Below, in pieces: positions 37,446-50,600 of a DNA stretch of 64,000 nt. The DNA is taken from assembly GCF_003918875.1 (NCBI RefSeq), contig NW_025765592.1, positions 372,001 to 436,000 on the forward strand, written 5' to 3'. The notes beneath the pieces are model-generated. The model worked only from the letters and a program-made list of their open reading frames with translations, did no database searches and was not told the DNA's origin. This DNA is from Haliotis rubra. Its lineage: Eukaryota. Made by a program: the position numbers and the translations under genes. Positions within the stretch are counted from its first letter, which is position 1, and each line of letters starts with the position of its first letter.

Positions 37446-37910
37446 ATGGACAGCATCATACTAATCTGACCCAAGTTAAAATACTGATACATCATTATCT
37501 TTTAACGCTGTTTTCAACCGTATCTGGTGTCCCCACAGATATTGTAACGCTGTTTATACAGTTTAATCGCCAATCACAGTCACTTCCTCAATCTCCCAAC
37601 CACAGTCTGTATACCTATCAAAGACTTTGTGGAATCATAATGTTGCTCTTCATGGTTTCATGTTAAATCTATTTCAGCATACTGTGTCAAGCAAGTCAAC
37701 TGGTAGATACGTTATCGATTTAAATTGTAACACATTTGGTATTTTAATAAAGGAAGCTGGTATATATATTGATCTTTCTCTTCACCCACATCATTCATAC
37801 AACAGAATTACTTTCATCTATTCGTATCCTATTCCATCTTCCATTTTCAACTGGTAAATGGTGGCATGAAGATGGAACATAACTTAGATGAATTGTGTGT
37901 AAATAATTTA

Positions 37911-38162
37911 GTGAGTGAGTGACTGAGTGAGTTTAGTTGTACGCCGCACTCAGCAATATTCCAGCTATATGGCGGCGGTCTGTTAATAATCGCGTCTGGA
38001 CCAGATAATCCAGTGATCAACAGCATGAACATCGATCTACGCAATTGGGATACGATGACATGTGTCAACCCAGTCAGCGAGCCTAACCACCCGATCGCGT
38101 TAGTCGCCTCTTACGACAAGCATGGGTTACTGAAGATCAATTCTAACCCGGATCTTCACGGG
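37911..38162 (-). mobile_element. SINE family 1, full length
   Basis: Matches the copies at 8977, 48254 and 51070. Confidence 0.88.
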
Positions 38163-39600
38163 TGATTAATACAAGGAAACGCTTAGAACATATCAATAGA
38201 TTACCTGCTAATTGGTGCAGAAGAATTCTGACTCTTATTGAAAAAATCACTGTTTTATAAACTTGGGCAATCTCAACTCTTGTACACATTTTCTCTGCAC
38301 TGCCAAACCCACCTAAACATTAATTAAAGAACGCAATGAAATAATTTATAGATGTTTATGGAAAGATAGAAACGAGAAAATAAAGAGATCAACTATAAAC
38401 AGAGATTATCAAGATGGAGGCCTCAGAATGATCGATGTAGAATGTTTCATTAATCTTTCCTGTAATTCATTTATTCTCACTTGACTCCAATGCTGGTGAC
38501 AGTATATCTGACCACGATAGTCCTTGTTGGAGAGATGTTTTACCTACATGGAAGATTTTCTATAAGAAAATTACTTTTGAGGAAAATGATGTAGACCAAA
38601 TCTTGACTGAAACACTTTGGTTGAATTATTTCTTTAAATCATCATATATTATATAACTGGTTTAGTATAAAAGATATATGTGATGAAAATGGCTTTCTAA
38701 GAATTGAAAATTTAAAACAGGAATACGAAATACAGGGAACTGTCTTAGACTATCAACAATTGTTAAACAATATTCCAAATAACTGGTGACCCGGTTTCGA
38801 ATCCCCATATAGGCACAATGTGTGAAGCCCATTTCTGGTGTCCCCCGCTGTGATGTTGCTGGAATATTGCTAAAAGCGGCGTAAAACCAAACTCAGTCAG
38901 TCAGTCCAAATAACTGGACATATCACATAAGTAACAGAACACTTACATTCGATGAACTGCATCTTAATAATATATACAACTATATTATCTGTAATGCTAA
39001 AGGCTCAAGGAAATTCTATGATGAACTAATTAAGAATGATACTACACCTAAGTCCGTAAAATATTGGAAAACTGTCTTTCAGCATGGGATTGACTTGAAA
39101 GATGTATTTAGCTATTATAGGAAATGTACAAATGACTGTATGCTCTTAGACCTTCAATGCAGATTTATATACAGAATAATGTATTAAAAAAATTCTATTG
39201 AAGATGAAGTTAGTTGATAATGATACATGTACATTTTGTAAAACCGCCTCAGAAGATATATCACATGTTTTCTTTAAATGTCAATTTCTTCATAACTTTT
39301 GGCTTGAAGTTGAAGAATTCCTGAATGATAACCTCCAAACCAATCTGGCACTATCTAAATTCATTATTATGTTTGGACTACCCTCAAACAACCAAGTAAT
39401 ATATCACATTTTACTACGTGCCAAAAGATAATTCTATACTTCAAGCCTTAAACAGCAAGATATAGACTTTGTAGGGTTTCTCATGCTGCTTAAGGGCATA
39501 TGCTATCGAAAGGTTTATTGCAATGAAAAATAATAAATTCAGTTGTTTTACTAGGAAATGGCATCACTTACATACGGTACTCTGACATTTTAATTTAGCA
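38163..39600 (+). mobile_element. Degenerate L1/Tx1-type LINE ORF2, 3' portion
   Basis: DYQDGGLRMIDV and a zf-RVT-like CTFCKTASEDISHVFFKC...FW; many stops. Confidence 0.75.
38786..38904 (+). mobile_element. SINE family 2, 5'-truncated, inserted in the LINE
   Basis: 13-bp TSD tccaaataactgg. Confidence 0.85.
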
Positions 39601-39762
39601 CTCGTGCAAATTGATTTACTGGAACTGCTGTGTCCACTACAGCTATAACATTTTCACTCAACTCCTATTTATCTATAAAATTATCTACATATGTACACCC
39701 TCATCTGCGTGTACAGTTTTGTACTTATCTGATAACGGGACCGGGTGGTCAGGCTCACTCAC

Positions 39763-40050
39763 TCCTTGTGTTAATCACCCACAGGTCATTTAATGAAGCA
39801 TTTAAGGAAATTCCTAAAATTTCAAAGTTCCCTCTGTGCCAGTTAAGATTAAGGTCATTGGCTAAAGTTATATTACTTTCAGACATTGAACCTATCCAAA
39901 TAGCCTTGGTTTCATCTAAGAGAATTTTAAGCCCTGAGATTTGTTGAAAACTGTTCAGTGTTTCAATTGTTGCATTGGGGCTATTTTCAGATCCATCTAG
40001 AAATAACTGAGTATCATCAGCATACTGTCCTAGTTTATGTTCAATATCAT
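39763..40050 (-). mobile_element. LINE reverse-transcriptase core fragment, inverted relative to 38163-39600
   Basis: Minus strand QYADDTQLFLDGS...FQQISGLKI...KAIWIG. Confidence 0.8.
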
Positions 40051-41270
40051 TAAGAGTTAGACGGAAAAGTTAACTTACGAGTTTTTTAACATGAACAGGA
40101 AGTGGGACTCAAGATTGGTTTCACCATCGAATCAAAGAGATATAGTTTATATTGTACTGATAAGTGTAACATTCAACTTCTGCGTAAAACAAAACACATG
40201 GCTTTAGTAGCTTGTTGACAGAGATTTGACATAGATCATTTGAAAGAACATTTTCTATCAAAAATAACTTCATGAAACATAATGACAGTTTTCACCTAAA
40301 TGGTTGAAATATCCAATTGGAACATACCCATTTATACATGGATGTTGCCCTAATTAATCCCTATTCCAGTGTCTAACTAATGGGAGTAAATCGGGCACTT
40401 GGACGTCGGGTATGCAGGCTTCATCAGTGTAGCCGATTACTAACACACTAACCCGTTTCACTGTATACTTCCAAATCTACCCCAACCGCTTGCAAGAAAT
40501 TCATAAGCCGTTTTCAATGGAATAATCAATATCTAACCCCATATACAATCACACAACCTTGTTCCAAGTCACGCAAAATGAAATATTCCCTACTTGTTTA
40601 ACTGTACATATAAATCTCGGGTAACTGAGTTCATGTGAACAAGTGTTTTGAGCGGAGCTGTACCTCGACTTGAGGTGGAGAATCTGCAAGTCTTCCAGCA
40701 AGGCCGTCAGCCTGATTACAGTATGTGTAAAGTAGACACAGGGGGACTTTGGCCATTCAGTCAATAGTGTTTGGAGGGGGATAGAATGACATGATTTTAA
40801 CCACGTCATCAAGCCATACAGAAACGTTTTTTTCCGCGGTTTTCTGAAACAAATATATAATAGTAGTAATAACAATGACGGGTATTATAAAGCGCTGTAT
40901 ACACCCACAAGGTGCATGCTCAACGCGCATATGGGCCCTGAGGAATTTCCTAGTGGCCCAATAAAAAGTAATAAATATAGTTGTCCATAAAACGGTATGC
41001 AGTCAGATGATCGTGACATATCCCGTAGTGGTTCCTGAACAGTATCGGACTGAAAGAGTGAGTGAGTGAGTGCGTACGTGCGTGCGTCCGTGAGGGAGCG
41101 AGGATGGGAGGGAGCGAGGAAGGGAAGAAGTGAGTGAGTGGGTGATGGAATGAAAGTACAATACTGTTGTACAACACTCAATCAATTATGCACGCACTGC
41201 CTCACTCACTCTAAAACCATTCGCTTCTCAAGTTAACAGACGTTCCGGACTCACCTGTAACTGAGATTTT

Positions 41271-41520
41271 GCATGTCACACTAACCAGGTCATGATGCGA
41301 GATATCACTGGTGTAACAGCGTCTGTGTGTACACCCCAGTGCAGTGTCCACAATACAACTGTAGAGTCAGGTACAAGGTGAGTGTGTGATTATCAATGAC
41401 ATTCTGTTTTCCATCAAATACCATTGACGTATACTGTTGTCGAACTATAGGTAATGTAACAGCGTCTATGTGTACACCCCAGTACAGTGTCCACAGTACA
41501 ACTGTAGAGTCAGGTACAAG
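41271..41520 (+). promoter_or_regulatory. Putative promoter / exon 1 of copy F, tandemly duplicated (donors at 41377 and 41520)
   Basis: 143-bp direct duplication, each copy with gtacaag|gtgagt. Confidence 0.65.
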
Positions 41521-42436
41521 GTGAGTGTGTGATGATCAATGACATTCTGTTTTCCATCAAATACCATTCACGTATACGATTGTCGAAATTTAGGTAATGA
41601 CTAGCAGTGTTGTTACTCTAACAGTTTATCTTTGAGGATTTAGGTTGAATATGCTTGCATACATATAGGCATGTGTATTACCTGCTCCTACCCGGAGACC
41701 TTCATGTTGTTTACAAGCGATTGTTCCTTTTAAAATGGCAGTTACACTTTCATGAATTATGTTAATTACATGGTGTTTGTGTTCGTGTCAACGTTAAATT
41801 TACCCCCATTCATTAAGACCATCTGTAAATTCAATGTCTTATAGTTATATAGTTGCCCATATGCATATGAATCTCAGCTACCTAACCGTTCATCAACGTT
41901 TTTTCGAGTCTGTCTCAAAACTACCTTGATCAGAGTTAAATTTGTCGAAAGGCTGTAGGCCCGTGGAATTTGAAATTTGCAGTCATTCTGATTGTGACGT
42001 GATGTCTACCACGTTACCATACTTAGCCTTCCAAATGGTATGTCTGTGTGTTCTGTTCCACCACCTGTTACGCAGCTTCATTGAGTTACAATTCCAGTAC
42101 GATGTACAATGGCAGAGGTGACAACAAAGTCAGTGATAAATAATATTCCCTCATCAGAAGCAGTGCTCGCGTTTTTAAAATACGATGTTCGTAGATGTTC
42201 ACAGAATGCTGGACACCACTGTCCACAAGTAACAATCTCAACATTGTTGTCCTGCATCATACAGCCATATCACACGAACCATCTTGGTTATAAGTGTCAC
42301 ATTTCATGTGTAAAGAAACTGTGGAACATGAATTGAAATGGATGAAAGGTTCAACTGTAAATAGTATCTGAACTAGGAACATGAACACAGAAGGAACAAA
42401 AGTTCATCTGTAAAATGTATCTTATTTTTTTTCAGA

Positions 42437-44892
42437 ATGTGGACAGGAATGAGACTTGCATTTGCGACGCTTGTGGCGTTGTTGCTGGTGCTGCCTACTG
42501 TGAAAACAAAGGAAGTGTCAACTCTGAATGGCCCACTTCTAGGACAACAACTGTCAGTGTTGGGCAAGTCTCTTGACGTATTCTATGGAATCCCATATGC
42601 GAAGCCTCCTGTAGGCGATCTACGCTTCAAGTACCCTCAGCCTTCAGAGTCATGGGGACCGGAAGTAAGGGATGCACAAAACCCGACACCATCTTGCTTC
42701 CAACCAATAGGTGCTCATGACACACCTGAGAAGCACAAACAGATGCCCGATGATTACAGTGAAGACTGCCTCCATCTTACAGTGTGGGCGCCATCAGACA
42801 ATGGTGGCAATCTGGCAGTGATGGTCTGGATCCACGGTGGAGGCTTCTATTTTGGATCTACAAGGCTGCCACTGTATGAAGGAAAATACCTTGCAGCAGA
42901 GAATGACATCATCGTTGTATCAATGAATTACAGATTGGGGCCTTTAGGGTTCAGCTACCTCGGGCCAGACACCATCCCTGGCAACATGGGCTTGATGGAT
43001 CAAAGATTAGCCTTACAGTGGGTGAAAGACAATGTTGCCAACTTTGGTGGAGATCCAACCCGAGTCACCATATTTGGAGAAAGTGCTGGTGGTGCAAGTG
43101 TAGGTCTACACCTGGCATCACCTCTGTCACATGACCTGTTTGACAGAGCAATCACACAGAGTGGGACCCTCACTTGCTCATGGACATACACGGTGCCCAA
43201 AACAGCAAAAGGAAAATTGAAGAGATTTGCTGATCTCCTTCAATGCCCTTCATCTTCAACTGATACAGAGATATATGATTGCTTGACGTCAGCAGACGCT
43301 CAAACTATGGCAGACCTTCAACTTGTTTTGCTAGATGAAGGAATACCATTTCCTCCAGTTGTGGATGGGTACTTCGTCCCCGATGACCCCAAAGCTCTTC
43401 TGTCCACTGGCTCCATCAAGCAGACCAGTGTATTGCATGGTTTTACTAAAGATGAGACAACACTGTTTTCTGCAATGACTTTGAAACGTTCCCTGAGAAA
43501 CGTATCCACATTACCTGAATCACTGATTTTAAGTCGTCAAGAATATGATAGTTTTCTTTCATTTGACATTGTCACTGGAAAGGACATTGGAGAGCCTATT
43601 CGTCTGTTTTATGAAAGTCAGATACCCCTTCTCAAGGACACTAACTATTTAGATGTCGTAACTCGTGCAACTTCAGACAGGGGATTTAAGTGTCCTCATC
43701 TTGAGTTTGACAGATTGTACTCTCCTGCCAACCCTACCTATGTCTACAGTTTTAATCGCCGACTGTCAGTTAGTCCAAATCCACAGTGGATGGGAGCACC
43801 CCACTGGTACGAGCTTGACTTTATGTTTGGTTGGGTCCTGGAAAAGTCTCTTGGATGTACAGAGGAGGAGATGGAACTCAGCAGGACCATCATGACCTAC
43901 TGGACCAACTTTGCCAAGTCCGGGTGAGTGAATGAATGAATGAGCGAGTGAAATGGTATTATTTTAAATGACATCATGTACATGATACTAAACAGAACGA
44001 TCAATATTTTCTTTCAAATATTCAAGATTTACTGAAGTTTTCGTATCTATATACAGCAATCCGAACGCTCCTGTCCCCGTCAAGGTGAACTGGCCAGCCT
44101 CTGACAACACTGATCTCTCCTACATGGCCCTTGACGTGGGCAGCAACTTATCAGCAAGACATGGGGTAGTCCATCACGAATGTGTCTTCATCAACAGGAT
44201 TCTACCCATGATTTCTAAAGGTAATGTTGTTATGATGGGATATCAGTTTTTAACAGTTACATGCAATACATGTATTGATGTTGAAATCGCTTAACGGAAT
44301 ACCGTAATTTCATTTCAGTATGGTCCAATCAAGTGGTTCATTCCAAAATTGTCATAATGCTATAATGCCAGTATGTCTGTGCCATGTACCCATTAAGAGT
44401 TTTCTCAGAATGTTCATGTTAATTTCAAAATGTCACTACTGATATGCATGGCCCTTACAGTTTGATCGCAGAGATCATTTCTAGTGTCTGTGCTTCTCCT
44501 GCCTGAGACGATATGCTCCTAGAGGCAGTGGGGTAGCCTAGTGGTTTAAACGTTTGCTCGTCATGCAGAAGACCCAGGTTCAATTGCCCACATGGGTACA
44601 ATGTGCAGAGTCCATTTCTAGTGTCCCCCGCCATGATATTGCTGGAATCTTGCTAAAAGCGGTGTAAAACCATACACACTCTCTCCCTCACTCACTCACT
44701 CACATTTATGCTACTAGTAAATAACTGTAACAATAAAAGGGCAACAATACCCAACATGATCGACTGAAGTCTGCAAATTGTTGAGAATGTACATTGTTTG
44801 TTCATGATACAAACGTGCAGCCAGGGAAATCATGAATTTATCCTTGTTTTTCAGACCCACCGGAAGGGCAGGAGTATTGCACAAAAGGATGA
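42437..44892 (+). CDS. Cholinesterase-like carboxylesterase copy F, intact, 562 aa (exons 42437-43923, 44057-44220, 44855-44892)
   Basis: Signal peptide, HGGGF, GESAG, KDE, GAPHWYE and tail DPPEGQEYCTKG*. Spliced length 1689 nt is in frame. Confidence 0.93.
44522..44703 (+). mobile_element. tRNA-derived SINE family 2 in intron 3 of copy F
   Basis: A box tagcctagtgg, B box ggttcaattgc, (cact)n tail. Confidence 0.85.
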
Positions 44893-45402
44893 AAGTACAG
44901 CATTATAATAATCAGAGCCGCACTATAATAATCTAACAATAAGGTTTGACATTGCCAGGAACAGATTATTGTCCAAAGTCTTAGAGAGTCCTCAGAGATA
45001 CTGTGACACCTATAGTCTATACTCAACCACCAATCCCTTTCAGACAACGTGAAGACACCCCTATGTAGCCTTCAATGATGTGATGAAATAAATAATTTGC
45101 CAGCATTATGTTGTTCCTTATGGTGGGTGCCCAATCTTAGAAACACTGCATAGCTCACATAGGCAGTATTATTCCCATGGGGTTGAGAATGATGATTGAA
45201 GATATATGGATCTCCTGTTTAGGAAACAAACAGACCTGTATTTAGCATATACTATCATCCGAAAAAGATTGGTATATAAATGCATAATTTATGTATATAT
45301 TCATATCAGCTTCAGATAAATCAGATGCAACTCCGTATAGTTATGTATCACTTTTTAAGCTGGAACTATGAGTTAACCAGAAATCTGTATATAGCAACCA
45401 AC

Positions 45403-46142
45403 NNNNNNNNNNNNNNNNNNNNNNNNNNNNNNNNNNNNNNNNNNNNNNNNNNNNNNNNNNNNNNNNNNNNNNNNNNNNNNNNNNNNNNNNNNNNNNNNNN
45501 NNNNNNNNNNNNNNNNNNNNNNNNNNNNNNNNNNNNNNNNNNNNNNNNNNNNNNNNNNNNNNNNNNNNNNNNNNNNNNNNNNNNNNNNNNNNNNNNNNNN
45601 NNNNNNNNNNNNNNNNNNNNNNNNNNNNNNNNNNNNNNNNNNNNNNNNNNNNNNNNNNNNNNNNNNNNNNNNNNNNNNNNNNNNNNNNNNNNNNNNNNNN
45701 NNNNNNNNNNNNNNNNNNNNNNNNNNNNNNNNNNNNNNNNNNNNNNNNNNNNNNNNNNNNNNNNNNNNNNNNNNNNNNNNNNNNNNNNNNNNNNNNNNNN
45801 NNNNNNNNNNNNNNNNNNCTCAGCTTTCATTGTGCACCTGAAGAGCCGTTGAACGGGGAAAGACCTTGTGCATATATAAAGGAGATTTGACAAGAAGAAA
45901 TATCTGGACTCATATTTTATATATTTTTTGCTTATACNNNNNNNNNNNNNNNNNNNNNNNNNNNNNNNNNNNNNNNNNNNNNNNNNNNNNNNNNNNNNNN
46001 NNNNNNNNNNNNNNNNNNNNNNNNNNNNNNNNNNNNNNNNNNNNNNNNNNNNNNNNNNNNNNNNNNNNNNNNNNNNNNNNNNNNNNNNNNNNNNNNNNNN
46101 NNNNNNNNNNNNNNNNNNNNNNNNNNNNNNNNNNNNNNNNNN
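45403..46142. other. Two assembly gaps (45403-45818, 45938-46142) at the end of the array
   Basis: Runs of N. Confidence 1.
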
Positions 46143-46320
46143 GCATTGTCAAAATATTATCCCAGTTGATAAGTACGATAACAATGTCAAAGGTGCATAT
46201 AAACTTTAATGAAGGGATCATGAGACCATAACAAGTCGGGAGAATTTCAATTGAAGAGTCAATTACAATGACGTCACGAGTCCACAAGCGGGACAGGGGT
46301 CAAACGACCATTTCACCAAC

Positions 46321-46980
46321 TCAATGACGAGTATGTCCACCATCGGCATTGAGAACAGCAGTGCATCGACGACGCATAGAGCCTATCAAACGTGCAAGGA
46401 AGGCTTGTGGGATGTCACGCCAGATTCTCTCAAGTTCTGTTGCAAGGTCAAGGACGTTATCTGGTGGATGAGGAAGACGGCGTAGACGTCGATCCATCTC
46501 GTCCCTAACATGCTCTATCGGAGAGAGATCCGGTGAATTTGCAGGCCAAGGCAGTAAGTCAACGTTGTGGTGTTGCAAGAAATCAATAGCAGCCCTTGCC
46601 GTATGAGGGCGGGCATTGTCCTGTTGGAATGTTAACCCAGGGCCATGACGTTGCAGAAAAGGAATTGCCACAGGTCGAAGAATCTGATCCCTGTAGCCCA
46701 CACCAGTTAAGTTGCCCTGAACCGAAGGAGTTCTTTGGCGTGCTGTTATTCCACCCCAAATCATCACGGAACCACCACCAAAGCGATTACTCTCCAAGAC
46801 ACAGGCCTGTGCATAACGTTCTCCCACGCGTCCATAGGCACGTTGACGTCCATCACTATGGGAAATGTTAAACCTGGACTCATCTGTAAAAACAACATTT
46901 CTCCACCAAAACAAGGGTCTGCGGACATGATTTCGGCACCACATTCGGCGAGCTTGTCGATGACGTTGTGTCAGGATAGG
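46321..46980 (-). mobile_element. Tc1 DD34E transposase catalytic domain, 5'-truncated
   Basis: VFTDESRF, QQDNARPH and SPDLSPIEH, with 34 residues between the second D and the E. Confidence 0.93.
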
Positions 46981-47812
46981 CCGTCCCACTAACCGATCTT
47001 ATCTAAGACCATTCTTAGCAAATTACGCCAAGTTTACAATCGTCTTAGCTAAAAGTTACACTAACCGATCTTAGGCCAATCGAAGCCGGTGCCGATTTTA
47101 CGATCCGATCTAAGCTTAGATGGAGACTCTTTGGTGAGAAAGATAGATAAATGCGAGGCATGAGGTATCTCCTTTTGCATAGTCTAGCAAATGATGGAAG
47201 TAGTTTTGGAACCAAGTATAAAGGTGTGGAAAAATCCTCAAATAAAGTTTTAGGGTAGTGAGCACCTTGGTTTCAGGGGCAAGTGCGTGTGAACGCTGGG
47301 CATCAGGCATAATATGTGGCTGAACCTTGTCGATCAAAATAAACAAGGTGTGGTGAGGTATCCTCCACCTCACACCCTGTAATATAGGCACTGTTTGCTA
47401 TGTACAGAGGTGCAATATTGTCGTACAAATGTATTACACCGACACCCTCGGCTGTGTTCCCATGACGACAGTGATCAGACGGGCCTCACATTTGTAAGGC
47501 TTCAGTGCAGTGTTTGTTTACATCATTAAAATAAACAAATTCATTTCATGGACATTTTAGGGGACGTTCACGGTGAAATGCTCGCTCTTCTTCTTCACAT
47601 AAAATATGAAAGCCACCATTTTGGTTTCTCTACGATTGATTTTAGCGATCCTAAGTTGGTCATGTGCAACTTAGACTTTGGATCTTAACTTTACGATTGC
47701 CTTGGGTAAGATTGGTTAGTGGAACGGTGTGCCGATCGTAACGTCACACTAAGATTGGGATTTTAGGGGTTTACGATTGACGTAGGGCTAAGATCGGTTA
47801 GTGGAACGGCAC
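46979..47812 (-). mobile_element. Internally deleted PIF/Harbinger element abutting the Tc1
   Basis: TIRs gccgt(c/t)ccactaaccgatctta; HARBI1-like peptide LIDKVQPHI...RSHALAPETKVLTTLK. Confidence 0.75.
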
Positions 47813-48068
47813 CCTGGTCCATCCATAGTCTCAAAAGCTGAGACCTACTTATTACAGTGAGGAAGAGGGATCTGCCAATACCCCTTCATTATGTCAAACT
47901 TGCTGATGTGCTTGACTTGGCTGCTTCTGTCGCTGCAGTCATCAATTCTGGACACTGGGTAAACGTCAGTTTTAGAAACAGCCTTTCACCACATTCATGT
48001 CAAGTGATAATGTCTTCACAACAGGCTGGCGCTTTAATGCCGGAAATTTTTCGGGTCATCTATACAGG

Positions 48069-48224
48069 TGAGTGAGTTCAGTTTTAAGCTGCTTTAATAT
48101 TCCAGAAATATCACGGCAGAGGACACAAGAAATGGGCTTCATACATTGTACCCATGTGGGGAATCGAACCCGGGTCTTCGCCGTGACGAGTGAAGGCTTT
48201 AACCACTGGGGTACCACACCACAC
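48069..48224 (-). mobile_element. SINE family 2
   Basis: Reverse-complement match to 48833-49003. Confidence 0.85.
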
Positions 48225-48253
48225 CACATCTAGCGAGAGGTACAGTACTGCAT

Positions 48254-48490
48254 GACCTGTGAAGATCCAGGTTAGAATTGATCTTCAGTAACTCATCCTT
48301 GTCGTAAGAGGCAACAAACTGGATCAGGTGGTCAGGCTTGCTGACTTAGTTGACACATCACATTAATCCCAATTGCGTAGATCGATGCTCATGCAGTTGA
48401 TCACTGGATTGTCTGGTCCAGACTCGATTATTTACAGACATATAGCTTGAATATTGCTGAGTGCGGTGTAAAACTAAACTCACTCACTCA
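48254..48490 (+). mobile_element. SINE family 1
   Basis: Full head and (cact)n tail. Confidence 0.85.
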
Positions 48491-48832
48491 TTAACTCAGC
48501 TGCAGCTTATCATGGTGTGTCAGCGTAATTAGGATGGAGAGCCCGAAGTGGTGCATGTCTCTTTCGTGAAACCAACAGACCTGTGAACATTATCGGGACA
48601 ACTAGGATTCGAACACATAATCATCGGTTTCTGGCTGGAACTGTGTACAGCGAATGACTGGGCCACCCCATGTCCGTGCTGTGTCAGATATTACTGAGAT
48701 TAACAGGTTTTGGGTTTACTTGACTCGCTGACTTCGTTGACACAGGCTGTTGATCACTGGATAGTCTGGTCCAGACTCACTTATTTACAAACCGCCGCCA
48801 TGTAGCTGGAATGTTGCTCAGTTCAACAACAA

Positions 48833-49003
48833 GGGGCGATGGGGTGGCCTAGTGGTTAAAGCGTAGGCTCGTCACGCCGAAGACCCGGGTTCGAATCCCC
48901 ACATGGGCACAATGTGTGAAGCCCATTTATGGTGTCCCCCGCCGTGATATTGCTGGAATATTACTAGAAGCGGCGTAAAACCAAACTCAGTCAGTCAGTC
49001 AGT
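48833..49003 (+). mobile_element. SINE family 2, inserted in the tail of a family-1 fragment
   Basis: A box tggcctagtgg, B box ggttcgaatcc, TSD tcaacaacaa. Confidence 0.9.
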
Positions 49004-49470
49004 CAACAACAAATAAACAAAGACACATTTAGGTTTATGTGTTTCTAACCTCAACCATCAGAGAGTAAAAGAGAATTAAAAATTATTTGACTAACTGTGT
49101 ATCTTTTTCCTGAATTGATGATAGTTTTTCAGTTCATTTATGATGTCTTAATTATGAACAAATATTTACTAAATGCAGGTGAAGAATCATCAAACTGACC
49201 TGGATTTTTATGACTGTCTTTGGGAAGGAATACTCTATGTTCTATCAAATCAGGGCTTAGATTTTTACTTCGGGGTCAGACATTGAGAAGAGGAAAACTC
49301 GTGTAAATTGATGTCGGAATGAAAACTCCGGACAGGAGATGGGAAACACAGACAGGTTCTCCTGGAAATTTACACATCAGGTTTGTCTTAGCCAGTTGGC
49401 TCGTTATTGCGAGAACATTTCACTAAAACCGTACATTGTTGAAAACCTTGTTCATATTGCATTCAATGTA

Positions 49471-50600
49471 TAGTATGACCAGAAATTATTGAGAATTTTA
49501 GGAATATGTTTAATTGGATTTCTAGTATAAACAACCTTGACCAGCTATCAAGTGCTTGGTTTCATTCAAGACAACTCCGTTAATCCTTTTTCATTAGTTT
49601 GTGAAGAGTTATCCCCCTTTGTTTACTTGCTAGCAGACGACATTTTCAGTGATCCTCAGTATGGATGATTTAGAGAAGAGGAAGTTGATTTTAGAGTATT
49701 ATAACAAGGACATCAGATCAGCTAAAGTGATTTCAAGTAGAACAGGCACCCCTTTGTCGACTGTTTATCGTGTTTTGAAAAATATTGCAAATGGATATGG
49801 CATTGAGCACCAGGGAGGCGCAGGTAGGCCCAGAAAATGGACTGTCGGTGACAGGAGGCGGCTTGGTATTCTTGTCGAAGGAGTTTAGAAAACTTAATGC
49901 TGTATATGATTGATAGAGGAACTGTGGCTGTATGTAAGGAGACAATTGGAACTGAGCTGCATGCAATGGGTTGGCAGAAAAGTCGAGGAATTCCATCACC
50001 GATCATGAAACCTGAACAAAAGGAGCGAAGGTTGAACTGGTGCTTACAGCATAGACATTTTAACTGGGACAATGTGATTTTCTCAGATGAAAGTTCTGTG
50101 TGGCTGTTTCCTAATACACTGAAATTCTGGACCAAACAAACTGAAAAACCTTTGTATCAGCGCCCAAAGTACAGTCCGAAATTTAACGTGTGGGGTGGCA
50201 TATCTGTGTTAGGGGCAACGCCCCTCTGTGTATTTGAAGGGAATATGAACAGTGAGCGGCACACAGATATTCTCGAGGGACATTTACTTCCATCTGCTCA
50301 CGTGTTCTGTGGAAATGTTTGGATTTTCCAGCAGGACAACGACCTAGAACATCGTTCAAAGCATTCACAGGCCTGGTTTCGGACCCAATATGACATTATT
50401 AGATTGGCCAAGCTATAGCCCTGACCTAAATCCAATAGAAAATGTTTGGGGACTTATGAAGGAAAGTGTCAATAAGAAAAATCTAAAAAATAGTGCTGTA
50501 ATGAAAGAAGAGGTGGTCCGATATTGGGACAGCATGAACCACGACTTTCTAACTTTAAAATTTACAATCTTTAAATTCTCAATAATTTCTGGTTGTACTG
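49471..50600 (+). mobile_element. Tc1-like transposon with both TIRs and a frameshifted transposase
   Basis: ~28-bp TIRs (..agta..accagaaattattgagaattt), TA on both sides. HTH plus GRPRK, FSDES, QQDND and WPSYSPDLNPIENVW. Confidence 0.92.

Noticed and set aside
45280-46287. ORFs spanning N runs (also 15960-16256)
   Set aside because: Artefacts of translating assembly gaps.
48833-48905. tRNA genes at the A/B-box sequences
   Set aside because: They continue into shared SINE bodies with microsatellite tails and TSDs; no convincing cloverleaf.
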